Below are positions 18,843 through 28,815 of a stretch of 64,000 bases of DNA, one piece after another. The notes beneath the pieces were generated by a model that did no database searches, was not told the DNA's origin, and worked only from the letters and a program-made list of their open reading frames with translations. The stretch covers positions 441,199-505,198 of the forward strand of contig CP000875.1 of assembly GCA_000018565.1 (NCBI GenBank), written 5' to 3'. Each line of letters begins with the position of its first letter. The stretch's first letter is position 1. A program made the translations under genes and the position numbers. Source of the DNA: Herpetosiphon aurantiacus DSM 785. GTDB taxonomy: Bacteria > Chloroflexota > Chloroflexia > Chloroflexales > Herpetosiphonaceae.

Positions 18843-19867
18843 GTTTGCAAAGCTTGAGCGATTAAGTGCTCATCAGTTTCATGTTGCTGCAAAAAATCGC
18901 TCAAATGCGGGCTTTGTCGCCAGCGCAAGGCCATGGGCGCGACCGCTTTGATATCGTTGGGGGTAGCACGAACCCGATCATCAGCCGCCGCCCGTGCTCG
19001 CGCCGCCTCAAGCAACACAATTTCCGCACGATGTGAAGGGATTGCCAATTGGGTAATGACCTGCATGGCATAGCGTTCAGCAGTTTTGGTTAAATGAACT
19101 TTAGGCAACAATTCACGAGCTTTGAGCACATCGAGGCGTAATTGAGTGGTTGCTTGGGCGTAGGCCATGCGAAAAGCTGTGCGATCTTGGCGAAAGGCGA
19201 TCGCGCGACGATAAATTTCTAAGCGTTCGCGGGCATTTGGCAGTGGCCCAACCCAAACCCGCAAGCCCAACCGATCCAAAATTTGCGGGCGCAGCCGACC
19301 CTCTTCGGGATTCATTGAGCCAATTAAGATCAAGCGACTCTGATAAAGCTTGACCATTGCCCCACGGCGCACAAAGGTTTGGCCTTGCGCCGCAGCATCG
19401 AGAATCGCATCGACGACGGCGTGATCAAGCAAATTAATCTCATCAACATACAGCAAATTATGATTTGCCCGCGCCAAAACCCCTTCTTCGAGCACCACCC
19501 GCTGTTGTTCGATTGCGACCCGCTCGTTTAAACCACCAACCACATCCTCTAGCCGAGCATTGAGCGGCAGCTCGATCAAGCGCATCAGATCATCTTTGAG
19601 CCGTGACTCACCGCGTGCCAAAAAATCAAGGCAGGTTGGGCAAAGGTCGCTCTCGTCATCAGGGGGGCAATTATTCTCGCAGCGCGACCGTTTGACCAAG
19701 GGCATAATATCGAGCAAGCCACGCACGGCGGTGGTTTTGCCAACGCCATAGGGGCCACTTAACAAAACCCCACCCACCGCTGGATTGACCAAGGCCAAGG
19801 TAAGCGCTGTTTTAAGCTCACGCTGGCCGACAATTCCGAGCAATGGATAGGGCAAAAGCTCATTCAT
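18836..19867 (-). CDS. ChlI/BchI-family AAA+ ATPase (magnesium-chelatase-like)
   Basis: Walker A GPYGVGKTT, Walker B LLYVDEINLL, sensor/arginine-finger regions and a Cys-rich insertion CENNCPP...CPTC. Confidence 0.75.
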   Translation of the reverse strand: MNELLPYPLLGIVGQRELKTALTLALVNPAVGGVLLSGPYGVGKTTAVRGLLDIMPLVKRSRCENNCPPDDESDLCPTCLDFLARGESRLKDDLMRLIELPLNARLEDVVGGLNERVAIEQQRVVLEEGVLARANHNLLYVDEINLLDHAVVDAILDAAAQGQTFVRRGAMVKLYQSRLILIGSMNPEEGRLRPQILDRLGLRVWVGPLPNARERLEIYRRAIAFRQDRTAFRMAYAQATTQLRLDVLKARELLPKVHLTKTAERYAMQVITQLAIPSHRAEIVLLEAARARAAADDRVRATPNDIKAVAPMALRWRQSPHLSDFLQQHETDEHLIAQALQTQ

Positions 19868-19875
19868 GGGGCGTT

Positions 19876-20163
19876 TTATTTCTCGCTAACGCTGCGGGTA
19901 GCCGCAAAAATTTCGAGAATTTCAGTGATGGCCTGTTCGCGTTCGCCCTCGTTGGGTGAGCGAATTGCATTGGTCACGCAGGTTGAGAGATGGCGTTCGA
20001 GCACCAGGGCATCGACTTTTTCGAGGGCACGCCGGATGGCCAAGGTTTGGCGCAGCACATCGATACAATAGGCATCCTCTTCGAGCATCCGTTGAACACC
20101 ACGGACGTGGCCTTCGATGCTTTTGAGTCGCCGAACTAAAGCTTCAGTTTGTTCATCGATCAT
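19876..20163 (-). CDS. CsoR/RcnR-family metal-sensing repressor (x-C-H-C type, Cu-sensing-like)
   Basis: 95 aa with the DUF156 pattern LKSIEGHVRGVQRMLEEDAYCIDVL....ERHLSTC. Cys, His and Cys occupy the CsoR positions. Confidence 0.8.
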   Translation of the reverse strand: MIDEQTEALVRRLKSIEGHVRGVQRMLEEDAYCIDVLRQTLAIRRALEKVDALVLERHLSTCVTNAIRSPNEGEREQAITEILEIFAATRSVSEK

Positions 20164-20175
20164 GAACTTGACCTA

Positions 20176-20997
20176 CTATGCCGCTTCTGCCGCAGCGCGG
20201 GCCTCATTGACTGGCCGTTTTAAGAAGGCGTGAAGCACCTTGTTAAATTGGGCTGGCTCGTCGAGGAACGGAAAGTGGCGACTTTCAGGCATTACAAACA
20301 CTTGGGTGTTGGCCATATCGCGCTGCAAGAAAATATCGGCCTGATTGGGATTAACAATATCGTCGCGAGCACCATGAATAATCAGGGTTGGAATCGTCAA
20401 TTGCTCAAGTTCAGGCCGCAAATCGGTGCGCATCATCGAGCCAACTGCGCGGCGCAAACTCTCTTCGGTGGGCTTCACGCTATCGTCGAGAATTTCGCCA
20501 TAGGCCGTATCGTTGACATTGCCTAAGAACCAGCGAAACAAAAATTTGGTGACAACTGGCACTCGCGCCATCGCTCGCGAAACATACTGATTATCGGTGA
20601 GTTTGAGCAAGCCTGAAAGCGATGTACCAACGATCGGAGCACCAATCGCCGCAACTCGGCTAATCCGATTGGGGTGGCGGATTGCAGTTTTGAGCGCGAC
20701 CATGCCGCCCATGGAGTGGCCAACCAGTGGAACCTTATCGATGCCCATCGCATCGAGAAATCGAATCACTTGATCAGAGAAATTGGTAATGCTAATGCTC
20801 TTGGCAGTACTCGTTTTATCTGAATCACCAAAACCCCAAAAATCGAACGAATATGTGCGGAAATCTTTGGAGACGAATTCCATCGTCGGCATCCAGTATC
20901 GCCACGAACCGAGCCAGCCGTGGAGAAATAGGACTGGACGACCACGCCCAAAGGTCTCGTAATGCACAACTTGGTCATCAATGACGATTACGCTCAT
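20176..20997 (-). CDS. Alpha/beta-hydrolase fold protein
   Basis: Nucleophile elbow GHSMGG and an FLHGWLGS oxyanion-region motif. The start is taken at the Met with a GAGAG RBS. Confidence 0.75.
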   Translation of the reverse strand: MSVIVIDDQVVHYETFGRGRPVLFLHGWLGSWRYWMPTMEFVSKDFRTYSFDFWGFGDSDKTSTAKSISITNFSDQVIRFLDAMGIDKVPLVGHSMGGMVALKTAIRHPNRISRVAAIGAPIVGTSLSGLLKLTDNQYVSRAMARVPVVTKFLFRWFLGNVNDTAYGEILDDSVKPTEESLRRAVGSMMRTDLRPELEQLTIPTLIIHGARDDIVNPNQADIFLQRDMANTQVFVMPESRHFPFLDEPAQFNKVLHAFLKRPVNEARAAAEAA

Positions 20998-21240
20998 GGT
21001 GATGCTCTCACGTTGCAGACTGCTGTCAACCAAACTATACCATACCGCCTAAAGCTCGGCAACGCGGTATTGCCAGCAACAATTGGTTCATGGTTGAGTG
21101 GTCGCTGTAGTGTACCCGTGATAGCACGTTTATGTCAATTCTCAAAAGTAGGATCTACAAGGGGGACTTCTGGGTCAAATGCTGGGTTGGGTTTGTCGGG
21201 TAAAATGGCAGCCTGTGGTATTGCCCCAAAGGTGAGTTGT

Positions 21241-21843
21241 ATGTCAGATTTTCGTGCTCAGATTCAGCATTATATTCGTGAACAGGCTTTGCCAATCGAT
21301 AAATATAGCCATCAGCCGCGTTTGTATCAATTAATTTCGATGATCGGCCAAGGCCTGAGCTATGATGATGATGTGGTGTATGCCGCCGCTTGGTTGCATG
21401 ACTTAGGCGTGTTTATCGGCCATCGCCCGACTGATCCTGATGCATTGGCGGCTTGGGATAATGTGGCCTATGCCTTGGAAAAGGTACCAGCCTTATTGCA
21501 GCAATGGCAGTTTCCGCCTGAGAAAATTGAGGTAGTGTTGACAGCAATTTCCCAACATAGCCCGCAGCAAACGCCAACGAGTATTGAAGCAACTTTATTG
21601 CGTGATGCTGATATGTTGGAGCAACTAGGGGCGGTAGCAATCTTGCGAATTGTCAGCAAAGTTGGGCGCGATACTCGTTATCCAACCTTTGGCCAAGCTT
21701 TGGCGACCTTAGAACATAATCTGGAGCATTTGCCGAGCCAGCTACGTTTGGCCAATTCGCAACAATTAGCCCAAGCGCGAATTGCAGTGTTGGGCCAATT
21801 TATTACGGCTGCCCAAGCCGAATCGCAAGGGCAGCCGTGGTGA
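21241..21843 (+). CDS. HD-domain phosphohydrolase-like protein
   Basis: AAWLHDLGVF provides the H..HD motif, and LLRDADMLEQLGA gives a second D. A GGTGAG RBS precedes the ATG. The upstream extension in the track was rejected. Confidence 0.55.
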   Translation: MSDFRAQIQHYIREQALPIDKYSHQPRLYQLISMIGQGLSYDDDVVYAAAWLHDLGVFIGHRPTDPDALAAWDNVAYALEKVPALLQQWQFPPEKIEVVLTAISQHSPQQTPTSIEATLLRDADMLEQLGAVAILRIVSKVGRDTRYPTFGQALATLEHNLEHLPSQLRLANSQQLAQARIAVLGQFITAAQAESQGQPW

Positions 21844-21844
21844 T

Positions 21845-22726
21845 TTAGGGCTGTTTGAAGGATTTGAGCCAATAGACCATAGCGGAGGCCAAGCCAACAC
21901 CCAGCACTAAGGCGATGCTAAACCAGAGCAATAATGATGGTTCAGACTCGGCCATCGCGATAGGCACAGGCTGAGCGGTTGGTGTTTGCTCCTTGAGCAC
22001 TGGTTGCTCCAAATCGAGCGTACCGGGCGATGAAGGATTGTTTTGATCGATCAGTGGGTTATTCAAGGGACTACCAGCCAACGCAGTGGCTTGCTCAGCG
22101 CTCATGCGAGCCATACCAGCGGTATCGCTGATTGGGATGGAGCTATAGGCCATGGGTGTTGGATAACCCTCAATCATCGCTGGGGCTGCACCACCAACCA
22201 TCGGCTCAGGTGTTTGATCCAGTACTGCCATTGTATCTTCGGCAGTAGTTGGTTGGCTCGGATCGGCTGGGCCGCTGCCACTACCACTGCCCATCGGTGG
22301 GGCTTCAGCACTCGTGTTATTGTTCTCAATTGCCATGCGATCTGAAACCCCATTGGCAGCTTCGGGGTTTGCCATATCAGCAACTGGAGCCATGGTCATT
22401 GATTGTCCAGATTGATTGGTGAGTTGCAAGCCAACCGTGAGCATTAAGGCGAATGCCCCAACCACACCGACCCAACGTATCCAACCGCCGAGCCAGAAGC
22501 TGCGTTTTGGTGCATGGATTGCTGGATCAAGGGTGAAACTGCGAGGTGGACGCACAGGCGGGAGTTCTTGCAACAATGCCTGCATCGAGCGCAACTCGGC
22601 AAATTCCACAGCTAAACCATGGTCGTGCTCAAGCTGTTGATCCAGTTGAGCTTGCTCGGCGGCGCTAAGCTGACCATCAAGGGCTGCCGAAAGAAGTTCT
22701 TGTTGTTGTTCAGATATTGGTGTCAT
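21845..22726 (-). CDS. Putative anti-sigma factor (single-pass, Pro/Ser/Thr-rich extracytoplasmic tail)
   Basis: The N-terminus LSAALDGQLSAAEQAQLDQQL matches anti-sigma N-domain style, with one TM helix. It lies immediately downstream of the ECF sigma gene. Confidence 0.6.
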   Translation of the reverse strand: MTPISEQQQELLSAALDGQLSAAEQAQLDQQLEHDHGLAVEFAELRSMQALLQELPPVRPPRSFTLDPAIHAPKRSFWLGGWIRWVGVVGAFALMLTVGLQLTNQSGQSMTMAPVADMANPEAANGVSDRMAIENNNTSAEAPPMGSGSGSGPADPSQPTTAEDTMAVLDQTPEPMVGGAAPAMIEGYPTPMAYSSIPISDTAGMARMSAEQATALAGSPLNNPLIDQNNPSSPGTLDLEQPVLKEQTPTAQPVPIAMAESEPSLLLWFSIALVLGVGLASAMVYWLKSFKQP

Positions 22727-22756
22727 TGCATACCCACTTGTGTAGTCATATCACGC

Positions 22757-23353
22757 TTAACGTTCGGCAGTTGGCAAAAGTTCCCGACTTTTAAGATAAT
22801 CGCGTAACTTTGCCCGTGCACGACTGAGCCGCGATTTGACCGTCCCCAGTTGGGTATCAGTAGCCGCCGCGATTTCTTCGTAGGCAAAGCCTTGAATATC
22901 ACACATAATTAAGACTGCGCGTTGATCTTCGGGCAAGGTTGCTAATCCTGCTTGAATCGCTGCTTGCAACTCGCGATTGATCATATGCTGATCGAGCGGC
23001 AACGATTGATCCTCGAATTGCTCGCCTGGACTATCATCATCGCCAGCGAGCAATTGATCCATCGAGGTGGTACGGCGGCGTTTTTGCGCTCGCAACACAT
23101 CGTAGCAAGCGTTGGTGGCGATGCGCAGCAGCCAAGCGGCAAACGAGCCTTCGCGAAAACGCTTGATCGCCTTAAATGCTGAGATAAAGGTATCTTGAGC
23201 TACATCGGCGGCGCTATCGCTATCGCCAAGCATACGATAAGCCAAGCCATAGACTCGTCCTTCGTACATACGCACTAATTGATTGAAGGCTTCAACGTCG
23301 CCATCCTTGGCGGCGCTAACCCATTGTCGTTCTGCATCGGTCATGCAGGCCAT
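22757..23353 (-). CDS. ECF-subfamily sigma-70 factor
   Basis: Region 2 (FNQLVRMYEGRVYGLAYRMLGD...AQDTFISAFKAIKRF) and a region 4 HTH (EIAAATDTQLGTVKSRLSRARAKL). Confidence 0.8.
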   Translation of the reverse strand: MACMTDAERQWVSAAKDGDVEAFNQLVRMYEGRVYGLAYRMLGDSDSAADVAQDTFISAFKAIKRFREGSFAAWLLRIATNACYDVLRAQKRRRTTSMDQLLAGDDDSPGEQFEDQSLPLDQHMINRELQAAIQAGLATLPEDQRAVLIMCDIQGFAYEEIAAATDTQLGTVKSRLSRARAKLRDYLKSRELLPTAER

Positions 23354-23428
23354 TCCCCCACGCCCATAACGGGTTCTGCTCCAAAAGGTGGTCGGAAGCA
23401 ATAGCCCATATCATAGCATATCAACTGC

Positions 23429-24331
23429 TCATTCGTTAGTATCAGGACCCAAGGGTTTGCGCAAAAGGTCAAGGAATAGTTGAGCGGCGTTGGTAATATG
23501 GCGGTCGCGATGATGCACGACGTTATAAACGCGGCGGGTTGGCACATTGGCTAAATGAATTTGACGCAAACGCCCAGCCGCCACTTCGCGGCGCACGGCC
23601 ATAGCTGGCACTAAGGCGATGCCCAAGCCAACCTCAACCGAACGCTTGATCGCCTCTAAATTTCCTAGCACAATTGGTTGTTTAGGGCGAATTTGCTGAG
23701 CATTGAGCAATTCGCTGACGCTGGCTTGCAAGGCGGAGCCTTCCTCGCGCAAGAGCATGCGTCGCCCGTGTAAGGCCTCGATGTTAATTTGTTTTAAGCG
23801 TGCCCATGGGTCATCAGGGCTGACAATCACGACCAATTCAGTCGTCAAAAACGGCATAATGATCAATTGGGTATGGACAATTGGCGAGCCAACCAAGGCC
23901 AATTCAAACTCGCCCGAAATGACTTGAGCCAGCAATTGTTCCGTGTTGCCTGTGCCAATATGCACCACAAACGCAGGGTGTTCCCAGTTGAAGCGTTGCA
24001 GCAAATCGGGCAGGGCATAGGTTGCCAAGGTATTGCCAACGCCCAAGAGCAAGGTACGTTCACTTTGACCAGCCGCAGCCCGCACTGCTTGCTCGGCAAT
24101 CCGTTCGAGGGCGATCATTTGCTCGGCATGCGGCAAGAGCGCCCGCCCAGCCGCTGTTAGCTCAATTCCACGACTTAGCCGCTCAAACAAACTAACGCCT
24201 AATTCGCGCTCAAGCGTTTGAATTTGCTGGCTCACGGTTGGTTGAGTTAGGTCAAGTTGCTCGGCAGCGCGGGTAAAATTGCGACTTTGCGCCGCTGCCA
24301 CAAACATCCGTAATTTTTGTAAATCCAACAT
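23429..24331 (-). CDS. LysR-family transcriptional regulator
   Basis: N-terminal HTH LQKLRMFVAAAQSRNFTRAAEQLDLTQPTVSQQIQTLE. Confidence 0.85.
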   Translation of the reverse strand: MLDLQKLRMFVAAAQSRNFTRAAEQLDLTQPTVSQQIQTLERELGVSLFERLSRGIELTAAGRALLPHAEQMIALERIAEQAVRAAAGQSERTLLLGVGNTLATYALPDLLQRFNWEHPAFVVHIGTGNTEQLLAQVISGEFELALVGSPIVHTQLIIMPFLTTELVVIVSPDDPWARLKQINIEALHGRRMLLREEGSALQASVSELLNAQQIRPKQPIVLGNLEAIKRSVEVGLGIALVPAMAVRREVAAGRLRQIHLANVPTRRVYNVVHHRDRHITNAAQLFLDLLRKPLGPDTNE

Positions 24332-24442
24332 AGGTGTTCTCGCTGTGGTGATTGTGGCCTGCACTGTAGCATAAGTTTGCGCCGATCAAAAATCGCAGCA
24401 CCTTAACGATGCTGCGATAGACACTTGGTTGGTTATTAATAA

Positions 24443-26182
24443 TTAGGGATGAATATACTTGCGTTCTTTGGTGACTAAGAGGCCATCGCCAGCATTGACC
24501 TCGACCTTGAGCATAATTTCATCGCCAGTTTTATAGGTATCAGGAATGTTAAAGCTGGCACGATATTGGCCAGAAACCTCTTGCGCGACCTCAGTATAAA
24601 AGCCACCAAGTTGTTCTTTGGAGGGGGTTTGGTAAATCATGGCTTTGGTATCGCGTTGCAAATCTTCCAACAATTGACCATCAAACTCTGGGCTGGTGAG
24701 ACCAATGATGTAGGTGGGAATGTTGGCTTTTGTGGCCTTCGCTACGATGCTGTCGTAGTTATCGCCTTTGCTGGCGGTATCCGCGCCATCGGAAATCAAG
24801 ACGATGAAGGTTTGACCTTTGGCACGACGCAGTTGGGTATAGCTGATGGCCAAGGCATCGTAAATTGCGGTTTGACCTTCGGGTTTAAGCTCGCTGATAC
24901 TTTGGCGTACTGCCCCAATATCGTTGGTGAGCGAATGGTCAACCGTTACCAGCGTCCCAAAGTGAATCAAGCCAACATTGGCGTTGGAAGGCAGGTGATC
25001 GATAAAGTCAAGCGCAGCAATTTTGGCGGCATCGAGGCCACCATCGGTTAAACCCTCTTTGCTTGGCCCCATGCTCCCACTGGTATCGATCACCAACATA
25101 ATGTTTAATGGATCTTGGACGCGTGAGAGATTGACCCACGAAAAGCCTTCAATCTGATTGTTATTTTCAAAGACTTTGACATTTTGCCGCGGCACGTCGG
25201 TGACTACCCCCGTGGGCCGCATAATACTCAAATACATATCGATTTCGGGATGGCGAGTATCATCAATCCGATTAACTTCAACTCCGTCGATATCTCCCAG
25301 CATGGCTAAGCCGTTGCTAGAAGTACCTGGCTGGAAATCACCAGTGCCTTGCTCAATTTGCGCCTGACCAAACTCGGTATCGGTCACTTTATCTTGACGG
25401 GATAAACCATAGATCACCAACCACATAATCGCAGCGGTTGTGATCGCGCCTGCTAGCCAAGCCCATTGCGAGGGCTTCTTTTTGGCGACTGGCGTAACTT
25501 TGCCCGACAACCAATCTTGAATTTGCTGACCAAGGGCTTGGGCGCTTGGGCGTTGGCTGGGGTTGGCAACAGTGGCGCGTTGCAAAATGCTCCGTAAATT
25601 GCCATCGATTGCTGGCAGCATTGCCAAGGGATTTCCCTGGGGCGCAAATTGCCCGCTAATCATCCAGGCAATCAATGCCCCAATGTAATAGCTATCAGTT
25701 TGTGGGCTGGCTGGTTCATTGATTGGCAAGAGTTGGGCGGGAACTGGCCCAGCTTGTTGGCCTGCCCGTGGATCAATTTTTGGCACAATCGTGCCTTGCG
25801 AACCAAGATCAAGCAGGCTTGGCCCATACAAATTACTAGTTGTGAGGGCAGTTCGTTGGCGATGATTAAATTCAGCGGTTTCGATCAAGCCCAAGGCATA
25901 TTGGGCGGCAACTGGTGCTGGTAAACTTCCAGCAGTATCCAATAGCTGTTGCAACGATAAGGCTTGCACATCTAAGATAGCTACTTCGCTACCAGCTTGG
26001 TTGGCAATTTGCACAACCATTTGTTGTTTGCGCAAGGCCTCAGGAATGCGGCTTTCCCACCAAATCAGGTATGGGATGCCTGCTTTCTTGGCCATAAAAA
26101 AACGGCGATGGGTCGATTGTTTGCCGCACGGGCCAATCATTTCAAATGGCGAGGGCAGGGAGGGATAGGTTAACGCAGACAT
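24443..26182 (-). CDS. Kinase-like (probable pseudokinase C-lobe) / transmembrane / von Willebrand factor A domain protein
   Basis: The C-terminal VWA has a MIDAS motif (IMLVIDTSGSMG). A central TM helix WAWLAGAITTAAIMWLVIYGL separates it from an N-terminal region with kinase C-lobe-like blocks (YYIGALIAWMISGQ, ANPSQRPSA) but no HRD or DFG motif. Confidence 0.65.
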   Translation of the reverse strand: MSALTYPSLPSPFEMIGPCGKQSTHRRFFMAKKAGIPYLIWWESRIPEALRKQQMVVQIANQAGSEVAILDVQALSLQQLLDTAGSLPAPVAAQYALGLIETAEFNHRQRTALTTSNLYGPSLLDLGSQGTIVPKIDPRAGQQAGPVPAQLLPINEPASPQTDSYYIGALIAWMISGQFAPQGNPLAMLPAIDGNLRSILQRATVANPSQRPSAQALGQQIQDWLSGKVTPVAKKKPSQWAWLAGAITTAAIMWLVIYGLSRQDKVTDTEFGQAQIEQGTGDFQPGTSSNGLAMLGDIDGVEVNRIDDTRHPEIDMYLSIMRPTGVVTDVPRQNVKVFENNNQIEGFSWVNLSRVQDPLNIMLVIDTSGSMGPSKEGLTDGGLDAAKIAALDFIDHLPSNANVGLIHFGTLVTVDHSLTNDIGAVRQSISELKPEGQTAIYDALAISYTQLRRAKGQTFIVLISDGADTASKGDNYDSIVAKATKANIPTYIIGLTSPEFDGQLLEDLQRDTKAMIYQTPSKEQLGGFYTEVAQEVSGQYRASFNIPDTYKTGDEIMLKVEVNAGDGLLVTKERKYIHP

Positions 26183-26297
26183 TGCCTCTACACTTTCTAC
26201 ATCAGGGTTAATTATCAGGTTTCACACAATGGGAGATTTTTTCTCAAAAGCGATTATATCATGCCATGCAAGTGGCTAGCTATGCGATAATACAGCT

Positions 26298-27692
26298 ATG
26301 AAGAAATTTAAACGCCCAAAAATTGTAACGCTGGCGGTACGATTGACTATCACCATGGTCGCGGTGAGTGTCGTGCCGTTGGCATTAATTGCATTAATCA
26401 TTCTGCTGGGAGTACGCATTAGCGAAGCTGATCGTCGCAGCCTAGAATTGAACAATCAGCTTGAATTATATGTGGCTTTTGCTGAGCAACTGATTGCCAG
26501 CGATGGCGATTTGCAATCAGCCAGCAATATTTTGTTGAGTCGGCCAGTTGGTAGTGGTGATGGTGCGATTCGGGTGTTTGGCAGTGCTGGCCAGATTTTT
26601 GGAGCCAATGGCTCAAACTCGGCTTTTCCCAGCCGTGCTGCAGCCAGCCAATTTGTGACCAGCATTCCAACCGTGTTTGTGGCCGAGACCCGTGGTCGGC
26701 GTTATGTGGCTGGTCAAGTGCGTTGGCAGCAAAAAGTTGTGGGGGTGATTGAGGTTTCACAAAGCGTCGAAGACGAAGATCGCTTATTGCGGGTGTTGAT
26801 ACGTTTTGTGTTTATCTCGATTGGTTTGGCTTTTGCGGCAGCCTTTTTAGGCTCTTCGTTGGTCGCTCGTTGGTTGGCTCGCATGATTGGCCAATTGCGT
26901 GAAACAGCTGAGCAAGTGGCCGATGGCGATTTGACTGAACGAGCGCTTGAACGCGGCCCCGCCGAATTTGTGCAATTGGCACGTTCAATCAACACCATGA
27001 CCGACCAATTAGCCGAGCGGTTATCGCGGATCGAGCAGCAATCTGAGGCTCAGCGGCGTTTTTATCGTGATGTTTCGCATGAATTGCGCACGCCCATGAT
27101 GGCTTTGGGTGGCTACTTGGAAAATATCGAGGATGCCGAGAACGCCGATGAACAAGCTCAATCGATTCGCGCAATGCAAGCCGAAATTGCCCGTTTGGCC
27201 CGTTTAGCTGATGAACTTTTGCGCAGCGATGCCCAACCAAGCCTGACGCTTGGCCCCAAACAAACCCTTGATCTTGGCGCGATGATTCACGAATTGGTGC
27301 AGAATTTGAGTGGGCGGGCGCAACGGAGCGGGGTTGAATTATTGGCCCAAGTTCCGCCACGCCCAATTGTGGTCGAGGCTGATCATGACCGTTTAAAGCA
27401 GGCTTTATTAAATTTGTTTGATAATGCTTTGCGAGCTACCCCACCTAGCGGCCAAATTAGCATGCGCGTTAGTTTGACCGCCGAGCAAGTGGTGATTGAT
27501 GTGCAAGATACTGGCGAAGGGATTCCGCCTGCCTTGCGCGAGGCGATTTGGGAGCGGGGCGTGCGTGGTGCTGAAGGTGGCTCAGGCTTAGGCTTAGCCA
27601 TTGTCCGCACGATTTTGCGTGCTCATGGCGGCGAAGCTGCGCTAATTCCCAGCGAGCAAGGTGCCCATATTCAGTTACGCCTGCCAATCTAA
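26298..27692 (+). CDS. Sensor histidine kinase (TM / periplasmic domain / HAMP / HisKA / HATPase_c)
   Basis: H-box FYRDVSHELRTPM, N-box LLNLFDNALRAT and G-boxes DTGEGIP / GGSGLGLAIV. Two TM helices are present. No response regulator is adjacent. Confidence 0.85.
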   Translation: MKKFKRPKIVTLAVRLTITMVAVSVVPLALIALIILLGVRISEADRRSLELNNQLELYVAFAEQLIASDGDLQSASNILLSRPVGSGDGAIRVFGSAGQIFGANGSNSAFPSRAAASQFVTSIPTVFVAETRGRRYVAGQVRWQQKVVGVIEVSQSVEDEDRLLRVLIRFVFISIGLAFAAAFLGSSLVARWLARMIGQLRETAEQVADGDLTERALERGPAEFVQLARSINTMTDQLAERLSRIEQQSEAQRRFYRDVSHELRTPMMALGGYLENIEDAENADEQAQSIRAMQAEIARLARLADELLRSDAQPSLTLGPKQTLDLGAMIHELVQNLSGRAQRSGVELLAQVPPRPIVVEADHDRLKQALLNLFDNALRATPPSGQISMRVSLTAEQVVIDVQDTGEGIPPALREAIWERGVRGAEGGSGLGLAIVRTILRAHGGEAALIPSEQGAHIQLRLPI

Positions 27693-27963
27693 TGCTTTGG
27701 ATACACAACCTTGATGTCATCAGTGTCCAGCCAAATAGCTCGAGTGAACCAAATAAGCGCTAAGCATGCTGACAGATATCAGCCATAAATCATGGTTTGC
27801 CAACGTGGAATTGATTGAATCGCCGTTGCAACCCGATATAGAGCATAACTCCTCAATAAAAAAGCTTGGCTTTACTGTAGCAAGCCTGATGAGGGTGCTA
27901 TTGCAGGTTTGTGGCAATTTCGTAGCATAAACAGAGCAGTGATAGCAAGAGGCAACCCGATTA

Positions 27964-28815
27964 ATGCGCCAGTTTGAGTATGAACAATTAATCAGTGCTG
28001 CCGATTGCCAATATTGCTATCAGGCGATGCTTGAGCGTTATCCGCTTCAGCGTGTAACCATCAACGGCCACACGTGGGAGTTTTGTGATACTGGCGGCGA
28101 TTTGCCTGCACTGTTGATTTTGCCTGGTGGTTTGGCTCGTGCCGATTTAGCCTTTCGTTGGCTGTCCCGTTGCCATCAACGCTTTCGGGTGATTAGTTTG
28201 ACCTATCCCAACACGATTCTTAAGCTCGCTGATTTGGCCAAAAATCTACTAGCCCTATTTGGGCATTTGCAAATTGAGGCGGCTTGGATTGTGGCTGGCT
28301 CGTATAGCGGCTTGATCGCCCAGGCGGTTTTGCATTATTGCCCACAGCTGGCCTTGGGTTTGCTGCTTTCGGATACAGGTGTGCCGCGCCGAACCCGCTG
28401 GATTTGGCTGACCCTGCTCCAACCGTTGGTCGCGATCTTGCCGTTGGGCTTGGTGCGGCGCTTGTTTTGGCAGGGCACACAGCAATTTTTGCAGCCAATG
28501 GCCGATAGCTTGCGGCCATTTTGGGCCGAGCGCTTGCACCACAATATTCAACAGTTGCAGCGCTACGATTATCTGTGCTTGTTGAACTGGTGGCGTGAGC
28601 TGGATTGGCATTTGGGTGCGGCTCGCTGGCATGGCAAGTTGGCAATAATTGTGGCTGAACATGATGGTTTGTTTGGGCAGCGCGATCAGCAGTTGTTGCG
28701 GCAATATTATCCAGCTGCCAGCTACCAACTCATGGCTCACGCCCAACATTGTGCTTCGTTAGCGCAAATTGATCACTATATTGATTGGGCTTTGGCTTGG
28801 ATTGAGGTTGCCTGA
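27964..28815 (+). CDS. Alpha/beta-hydrolase fold protein
   Basis: Nucleophile-elbow-like AGSYSG, an oxyanion region LILPGG and an about 280 aa length. Its stop overlaps the start of the next gene (TGATG). Confidence 0.55.
   Translation: MRQFEYEQLISAADCQYCYQAMLERYPLQRVTINGHTWEFCDTGGDLPALLILPGGLARADLAFRWLSRCHQRFRVISLTYPNTILKLADLAKNLLALFGHLQIEAAWIVAGSYSGLIAQAVLHYCPQLALGLLLSDTGVPRRTRWIWLTLLQPLVAILPLGLVRRLFWQGTQQFLQPMADSLRPFWAERLHHNIQQLQRYDYLCLLNWWRELDWHLGAARWHGKLAIIVAEHDGLFGQRDQQLLRQYYPAASYQLMAHAQHCASLAQIDHYIDWALAWIEVA

Noticed and set aside
18836-19867. ChlI/BchI ATPase as evidence of (bacterio)chlorophyll biosynthesis
   Set aside because: No other bch/chl genes and no ChlD/ChlH partners are in the window. 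Stand-alone ChlI-like AAA+ ATPases are common in non-phototrophs.
28220-28749. 141- and 164-aa ORFs on the - strand
   Set aside because: They are antisense, out-of-frame shadows of the alpha/beta-hydrolase gene at 27964-28815 and are mutually overlapping, with Arg/Pro/Ala-rich junk composition.
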